Source: an uncultured Bacilli bacterium
GTDB lineage: Bacteria > Bacillota_I > Bacilli_A > RF39 > UBA660
Length of the DNA: 64,000 bases
Reading direction: 5' to 3'
Assembly: GCA_934119955.1 (NCBI GenBank)
Contig: CAKOSZ010000002.1
Coordinates: 18,505 to 82,504, forward strand
Position 1 is the stretch's first letter, and the number at the start of each line of letters is the position of its first letter. Of the stretch, positions 58,883-64,000 are shown piece after piece. The notes beneath the pieces were generated by a model. That model did no database searches, had not been told where the DNA came from, and saw nothing but the letters and a program-made list of their open reading frames with translations. Position numbers and translations under genes: made by a program.

Positions 58883-61330
58883 ATGTACAATTTTAAAAAA
58901 ATAGAAGAAAAATGGCAAAAAAAATGGAGCGATGAAGATAGTTTTAAAGCAATAGATTTTCATCCTACAAAACCTAAGTATTATGTATTATATGAATTTT
59001 TTAATATAAGCGGAAATCTTCATTTAGGTCACTTGAAAGGAACTGTTCCAGCAGATGCATTAGCTCGAATGAAAAGATTTCAGGGCTATAATGTTTTATT
59101 TCCAATAGGAGGAGATTCATTTGGATTACCAGCAGAAAATGCTGCCATAAAAAATGGAATAGATCCTAAAGATTTTGTAGCAAACGGAATGAAAAAAGCC
59201 ATGGAACAGTCAAAAAAAATAGGATTATCATTTGATTTTGATAGATCATTTGCAACAAGTGATGAAGAATATTATAAATGGACTCAATGGATATTTTTAC
59301 AATTCTTAAAAAATAATAAGGCATATAAAGAAAAGGGAACAGTTAATTTTTGTCCTAATTGTAAAACAGTTTTATCAAATGAAGATAGTCAAGATGGAAT
59401 ATGTGATAGATGTCATGGAAAAGTAATTCAAGCAGAAAGATGGGTTTGGTATTTAAAGATGAAGGAATATTCTGAGAAGTTGCTTGAAAATGTTGAAAGA
59501 ATTAATATGAGTGAAAATTTAAAAGAACTTCAAAGAAACTGGATTGGAAAGTCAGAAGGAATGAAAGTATCATTTGATATTGTTGATGAGTTTGATAACC
59601 CAATAGGAAAAGAAGATATATTTACTACTTGTGTTGAAACTATTTATGGGATTACATTTTTAGTTATGTCACCAGAGCATAAATTTATAGAAAAGAATAA
59701 AAATCTAATAAAGAATTATGATGAAGTAATGAAATATAAGCATCAAACATCATTTAGAAGTGAATTGGATAGGATGGCTAATCAAAAAGAAAAAACAGGA
59801 TGTATTTTAGATGGAATCTATGCAGTAAATCCAGTAAATAATAAAAAAGTTCCAATATATATTTCTGATTTTGTATTACCTAATTATGGAACAGGAATGG
59901 TAATGGCAGTTCCTGCACATGATCAAAGAGATTATGAATTTGCTAAGAAATATAACATCCCAATGATTCAGGTTATAGAAGGTGATGTAAGTAAAAAAGC
60001 AATAGAAAATAGTAGCTATTTAAAAAACAATAGCAGACTTATTAATTCTTTAAGTTATGATGGAATGACCGTGAAAGAAGCAAAAAAAGCAATATCAGAT
60101 ATGCTTATTGCTAAAAAAGTAGGAAAGATGGAAGTAAATTACAAAATGCAGGATTGGCCTTTTAATAGACAAAGATATTGGGGAGAACCATTTCCAGTAG
60201 TATTTTGTGATGATTGTGGGATTGTGCCAATAGATGAGAAAGACTTACCAGTTACATTACCATACACAAGAGATTATAAACCAAGTAGTGATGGTAGTTC
60301 ACCCTTATCAAAAATTAATGATTGGGTTAATACAACATGTCCTAAATGTGGAGGCCTAGCAAGAAGAGAGACAGATACAATGCCAAATTGGGCAGGCTCA
60401 TCTTGGTATTGGTTAAGATATTGTGATCCACATAATAAAGAAAAATTTGCAGACTATGAATTATTAAAATATTGGGGTAGTGTTGATTGCTATACAGGAG
60501 GAACAGAACACATCACAAGACATGTATTATATGCATTTTTTTGGCAAAATTTCTTGTATGATATAGGAGTAGTGCCAACAAAAGATCCATTTATAAGAAA
60601 AATGGGAAGTGGATTAATTCTTGATAGTGAAGGTAAAAAAATGAGTAAAAGTTCTACTAATGGTGTTTCACCAATGGAAGTAATAGATAAATATGGAAGT
60701 GATGCTGCAAGATTACATATTCATTTTTTAGGTTCATATGAGGATAATACTCCTTGGACTTATGATGGAATAAACGGAATTACTAATTTTTTAAATAGAG
60801 TATGGGAGTTACCAAATTTATTAAATGGTGATAAGATATCAGAACAACATAATGTAGAAATACAAAAATTAATTAAAAAGGTGACTGATGATATAGAAGG
60901 GCTTAGATTAAATACGGCCATTGCAGCTTGCATGTCATTTGTAAAAAAAGTAAGAGAAGATAAATTTATTACTAGAGAAGAATTGAAAATATTCTTAATG
61001 TTATTAAATCCATTAGCTCCACATATAACAAGTGAAATATATGAAAAAGTATTTAACAAAAATATTTTAGATGATGTATGGCCAAAATATAATGAAAAAT
61101 TAATTAATAATGAATTAGTGAATATAGTAATTAATGTTGATAATAAGAAAAGAATGATAATTAAGTGTCCTCTTGGATTATCACAAGATATGTTAATGAA
61201 TTATTTGTCTTTTCAAGAAAATTCAAAAGAATTATTAGAAGAAATAGATATAAGTGATATATATTTTGTACAAGATAGAATGATTAATTTAATTACAGCA
61301 AAATCAAAAGTAAAAAAATTAACAAAATAA
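58883..61330 (+). CDS. leuS: Leucyl-tRNA synthetase, a divergent copy located inside the repeat-bracketed segment.
   Basis: Bacterial-type LeuRS throughout: KPKYYVL, HLGH (the HIGH motif), ARMKRFQGYNVL, GLPAENAAIKNG, CP1 editing motifs GTGMVMAVPAHDQRDYEFA, and KMSKS. The usual [22 protein letters not shown] and TTRPDT positions are substituted (see findings). Confidence 0.88.
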   Translation: MYNFKKIEEKWQKKWSDEDSFKAIDFHPTKPKYYVLYEFFNISGNLHLGHLKGTVPADALARMKRFQGYNVLFPIGGDSFGLPAENAAIKNGIDPKDFVANGMKKAMEQSKKIGLSFDFDRSFATSDEEYYKWTQWIFLQFLKNNKAYKEKGTVNFCPNCKTVLSNEDSQDGICDRCHGKVIQAERWVWYLKMKEYSEKLLENVERINMSENLKELQRNWIGKSEGMKVSFDIVDEFDNPIGKEDIFTTCVETIYGITFLVMSPEHKFIEKNKNLIKNYDEVMKYKHQTSFRSELDRMANQKEKTGCILDGIYAVNPVNNKKVPIYISDFVLPNYGTGMVMAVPAHDQRDYEFAKKYNIPMIQVIEGDVSKKAIENSSYLKNNSRLINSLSYDGMTVKEAKKAISDMLIAKKVGKMEVNYKMQDWPFNRQRYWGEPFPVVFCDDCGIVPIDEKDLPVTLPYTRDYKPSSDGSSPLSKINDWVNTTCPKCGGLARRETDTMPNWAGSSWYWLRYCDPHNKEKFADYELLKYWGSVDCYTGGTEHITRHVLYAFFWQNFLYDIGVVPTKDPFIRKMGSGLILDSEGKKMSKSSTNGVSPMEVIDKYGSDAARLHIHFLGSYEDNTPWTYDGINGITNFLNRVWELPNLLNGDKISEQHNVEIQKLIKKVTDDIEGLRLNTAIAACMSFVKKVREDKFITREELKIFLMLLNPLAPHITSEIYEKVFNKNILDDVWPKYNEKLINNELVNIVINVDNKKRMIIKCPLGLSQDMLMNYLSFQENSKELLEEIDISDIYFVQDRMINLITAKSKVKKLTK

Positions 61331-61455
61331 AAACTACTTATAAATTAAAGGAAACTGGTAAAGAACTTGAATTAAATGATGGTAACACTTATATTCAAAT
61401 ATATCCAACAAGTGGTAGTTTAACAATTAATTAAATAAAAATTAAATGAATAAAA
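61330..61455 (+). repeat. Direct repeat copy B: an orphan 3-prime fragment of a DUF3048-gene homolog immediately after (and overlapping) the leuS stop codon.
   Basis: Reads ..KTTYKLKETGKELELNDGNTYIQIYPTSGSLTIN*. It differs from copy A by 6 codon changes, 5 of them synonymous. Confidence 0.8.
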
Positions 61456-61494
61456 AAATCTTCTTTAAACAATATAAGTTTGAAGGAGATTTTT

Positions 61495-62265
61495 ATGGCT
61501 AAAAACAAAGTTGAAATTACAGGAGTTAATACAAATGAAATAATTGTTTTAAGTAGCAAAGATACAGAAGAATTGTTTAAAAGATATAGAAATGGTGATA
61601 ACCATGCTAAGGAATTACTTGTAAATGGTAATTTAAAACTAGTATTATCAATTCTAAAAAAATATACATCTAGAATAAGTGATTTAGATGATTTATTTCA
61701 AATAGGAGTGATTGGTTTAATTAAAGCAATTGATAATTTTGATATATCCTTAGGTCTTAAACTTTCAACCTATGCAATTCCTATGATAAGTGGAGAAATA
61801 AGAAGATATTTAAGAGATAAAAGCATAATAAGAGTTAGTAGAAGTATGAAAGATTTAGCTTATAAAGCAATTATGAAAAGAGATGAATTAACTAATACCT
61901 TAGGATATGTTCCAAGTTATGAATTAATAGCCAAAGAACTTGGAGTATCAGAACTTGATGTAATAACTAGCATAGATGCTATGTCAGATCCAATTAGTAT
62001 CTTTGAACCAATTTATAATGATGGGGGAGATACAATTTATTTATATGAACAATTAGAAGATAAAAACAGTAATAATGTAGAAATGCAACTTGCTTTAAAA
62101 AAAGCTATAGCTGATTTATCTTTAAGAGAACAAAATATTCTAGATAAAAGATATGTAATTGGTAAAACTCAAATGGAAATAGCAGAAGAGTTAGGTATTA
62201 GTCAAGCTCAAGTATCAAGAATTGAAACAAATGCAATTAAAACATTGAAGAAAACTTTAAAATAA
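61495..62265 (+). CDS. sigG: Sporulation sigma factor SigG-like (forespore late sigma). Start moved to MAKNKVEITGV after GAAGGAG.
   Basis: KVEITGVNT..., region 2 LVNGNLKLVLSILKKY...DLFQIGVIGLIKAIDNFD, STYAIPMISGEIRRYLRD, IRVSRS, DPISIFEPIYNDGGD and GKTQMEIAEELGISQAQVSRIE. These closely match B. subtilis SigG/SigF. Confidence 0.8.
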   Translation: MAKNKVEITGVNTNEIIVLSSKDTEELFKRYRNGDNHAKELLVNGNLKLVLSILKKYTSRISDLDDLFQIGVIGLIKAIDNFDISLGLKLSTYAIPMISGEIRRYLRDKSIIRVSRSMKDLAYKAIMKRDELTNTLGYVPSYELIAKELGVSELDVITSIDAMSDPISIFEPIYNDGGDTIYLYEQLEDKNSNNVEMQLALKKAIADLSLREQNILDKRYVIGKTQMEIAEELGISQAQVSRIETNAIKTLKKTLK

Positions 62266-62300
62266 TATGTTATAATTATTATAGAAAGGAGGTGAATCAA

Positions 62301-62780
62301 GTGAAGAAAGTTTTAACCTTAATTTTAATTATTTTTTCAATAACTATAATAATAACAGGATGTGGTAAAAAAGAAGAACCTAAAAATAATGATAATACCC
62401 TTGCAGTTAATTTAGTCCAAGAATTTGAAAAAGAAATAACTGAAACCAAAAATATTAAAAAAGTTGCTAAAAAACTAGCAAAAAGCAATTTTGATATGCC
62501 TGATTTAGAAGTTTCTAATGTAAGTAATGCCGATTATTTAACAGGTTTTAATGAAAAAATACAAGGCTATAAAAAAGCATACGTGATTGCTCCAACTATT
62601 AGTACAATTCCTTTTATAGCATATATCTTTGAATCAGATAAACCAAATGAACTAGCTAATACTTTAAAAGAACAAGCAAATTTAAGATGGAATATTTGTA
62701 CTGAGGCTGATGAAATGAAAGTAAGTGTTGTTGATAATTACGTTTTCTTTGTAATGTCACCAAATAATTTTGATAATTAG
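62301..62780 (+). CDS. Putative lipoprotein. GTG start after GGAGGTG; lipobox ITGC.
   Basis: VKKVLTLILIIFSITIIITGCGKKEE... is a signal peptide with a lipobox. Confidence 0.5.
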   Translation: MKKVLTLILIIFSITIIITGCGKKEEPKNNDNTLAVNLVQEFEKEITETKNIKKVAKKLAKSNFDMPDLEVSNVSNADYLTGFNEKIQGYKKAYVIAPTISTIPFIAYIFESDKPNELANTLKEQANLRWNICTEADEMKVSVVDNYVFFVMSPNNFDN

Positions 62781-62788
62781 GAGAATTT

Positions 62789-63748
62789 ATGAAAAATAAA
62801 AAAGTAATAATGACTTTTTCTTCCTTAATGATAATAATATTTCATTTATGGCTTTATGTAACAAAACCAGATAGTAATTTATACATAATAGAAACATATC
62901 TAAGATATATCTCCTATATTGGGGTTGATATATTCTTTTTTCTTTCAGCATACTCCTTAGCAAGAAGTAAAATCGATAATTATTCTAGTTTTATTAAAAG
63001 TAGATTTCAAAAAATATATGTGAAATTTATCTTTTTCTCAATTCTTGCTTTCCTTTTAAATAACTGGAAATTTCTAAAACTTTTAAAAATAATTTCTGGT
63101 TTTGAATTTTTTCTTAAAGGAGGAGGATCATTTCTTTGGTTTATTCCAGCCATAATGATTATTTATCTACTTTTACCTTTATATAAAAAAATAGATAACA
63201 AAAAACTAACACCTATAATAACTATAATTAGTTACTTATTATTAGTAATAATTTTAAGTATATATGAAAAAACAACCTTACTTATTTTTCTAAATAGAAT
63301 ACCAATTATTTTACTTGGCTATTATTTTTCGAAATTAAATGTCTTAGAAAAACTGGATAAAAACAATTTTCTATATTTTAGTCTTACATTATTTTTAGGA
63401 ATACTTGGTTTATTATTAAACTACTATGTATACAAGAATCATTTTTCTTTAAAATATTTTCAAGATATATTTTATTGTTTAAGTATTCCTTTAACCCTTG
63501 GAGTAATTTTATTATTAAACAAGATTAAAACTAATAAAATATTTAATTATCTGGGTTCAATTACCTTAGAAACTTATGCTATTCAAATGATTTTTGGTTA
63601 CTCTTTAACAAGTAAATTACTTAAAATAATTAATAATAATTTATTAGTTAATATATTAAGTATTATATTAGTATTCTCAATTTCAGCCATTTTTAATTTT
63701 ATATTTAATAATATTTTACATAGACTTTTAAGCAAAAATCATATATAA
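62789..63748 (+). CDS. Acyltransferase family 3 (membrane O-acyltransferase) protein.
   Basis: About 10 TM helices, and the conserved N-terminal segment (...IFHLW...) typical of acyltransferase_3. Confidence 0.6.
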   Translation: MKNKKVIMTFSSLMIIIFHLWLYVTKPDSNLYIIETYLRYISYIGVDIFFFLSAYSLARSKIDNYSSFIKSRFQKIYVKFIFFSILAFLLNNWKFLKLLKIISGFEFFLKGGGSFLWFIPAIMIIYLLLPLYKKIDNKKLTPIITIISYLLLVIILSIYEKTTLLIFLNRIPIILLGYYFSKLNVLEKLDKNNFLYFSLTLFLGILGLLLNYYVYKNHFSLKYFQDIFYCLSIPLTLGVILLLNKIKTNKIFNYLGSITLETYAIQMIFGYSLTSKLLKIINNNLLVNILSIILVFSISAIFNFIFNNILHRLLSKNHI

Positions 63749-63765
63749 TATTTCTAGGTGATTTT

Positions 63766-64000
63766 ATGGAAAGAGTTCAAAAAGTAATTGCAAATCTTGG
63801 TTATACATCAAGACGAGGAGCCGAGGAACTTATTAAAAATGGAAAAGTTTTAATTAATGATAGGGTTGCTTGTTTAGGAGATAAAGTGGGGAGCACTGAT
63901 ATTATTAAAATTAATGGAGTAGTTCTCGATAAAACTAAACGTAATGATAAAGTTTATTATTTATTAAATAAACCACGTTTTGTTGTAACTACTGCCAAAG
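63766..64000 (+). CDS. Pseudouridine synthase (RluB/RsuA family, S4 domain N-terminus), truncated by the window end.
   Basis: MERVQKVIANLGYTSRRGAEELIKNGKVLINDRV... is the S4 RNA-binding domain. YYLLNKPRFVVTTAK begins the catalytic domain. Confidence 0.75.
   Translation, partial: MERVQKVIANLGYTSRRGAEELIKNGKVLINDRVACLGDKVGSTDIIKINGVVLDKTKRNDKVYYLLNKPRFVVTTAK

Noticed and set aside
1-64000. CRISPR arrays, rRNA or tRNA genes.
   Set aside because: No regularly spaced short repeats and no tRNA-like or rRNA-like GC-rich structured segments were seen. The whole window is protein-coding dense.

Overview
This is an extremely AT-rich (~25% GC) stretch of a low-GC Gram-positive chromosome that uses the standard genetic code. 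A sporulation sigma factor (SigG-like), a short Mollicute-sized SMC and a Mollicute-like LeuRS together suggest an Erysipelotrichia-type spore-former; that placement is inference only. All genes except one IS30 transposase lie on the + strand. The window opens with housekeeping genes dnaG, sigA and trmK. These are followed by a polytopic membrane protein and two tandemly duplicated prepilin-signal proteins with cysteine-rich hypervariable tails, then smc, a long ORF with no canonical start codon, and tig. Next comes a class IIb-like bacteriocin locus: a C39-ABC exporter, a small coupled membrane protein, two uncalled double-glycine-leader peptides and a small immunity-like protein. After that come rpsU, a type II restriction-modification pair, a NUDIX hydrolase and miaA. 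An IS30-family element sits immediately upstream of a ~28 kb cell-wall polysaccharide locus. The locus combines rmlACDB, an ABC exporter, rhamnan-type glycosyltransferases and an LCP ligase with a Wzx/Wzy module that has PglF/PglE/PglC-like functions, further glycosyltransferases, two acetyltransferases, an epimerase and ugd. The most unusual region is 54.7-61.5 kb. A ~6.5 kb segment is bracketed by ~105 bp imperfect direct repeats; one repeat copy is a 3-prime gene fragment differing from the other mainly by synonymous substitutions. The segment carries a leader-peptide and terminator attenuator-like element, an Lnu/ANT-like nucleotidyltransferase, a PLP-dependent decarboxylase and an NPP-type phosphodiesterase in one operon, and a leuS whose near-universal catalytic motifs are substituted. 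I interpret this as a possible leucyl-adenylate-mimic biosynthesis plus self-resistance cassette, or a resistance island, inserted by Campbell-type recombination. That interpretation is a hypothesis only. Manually derived coordinates may be off by 1-2 nt.
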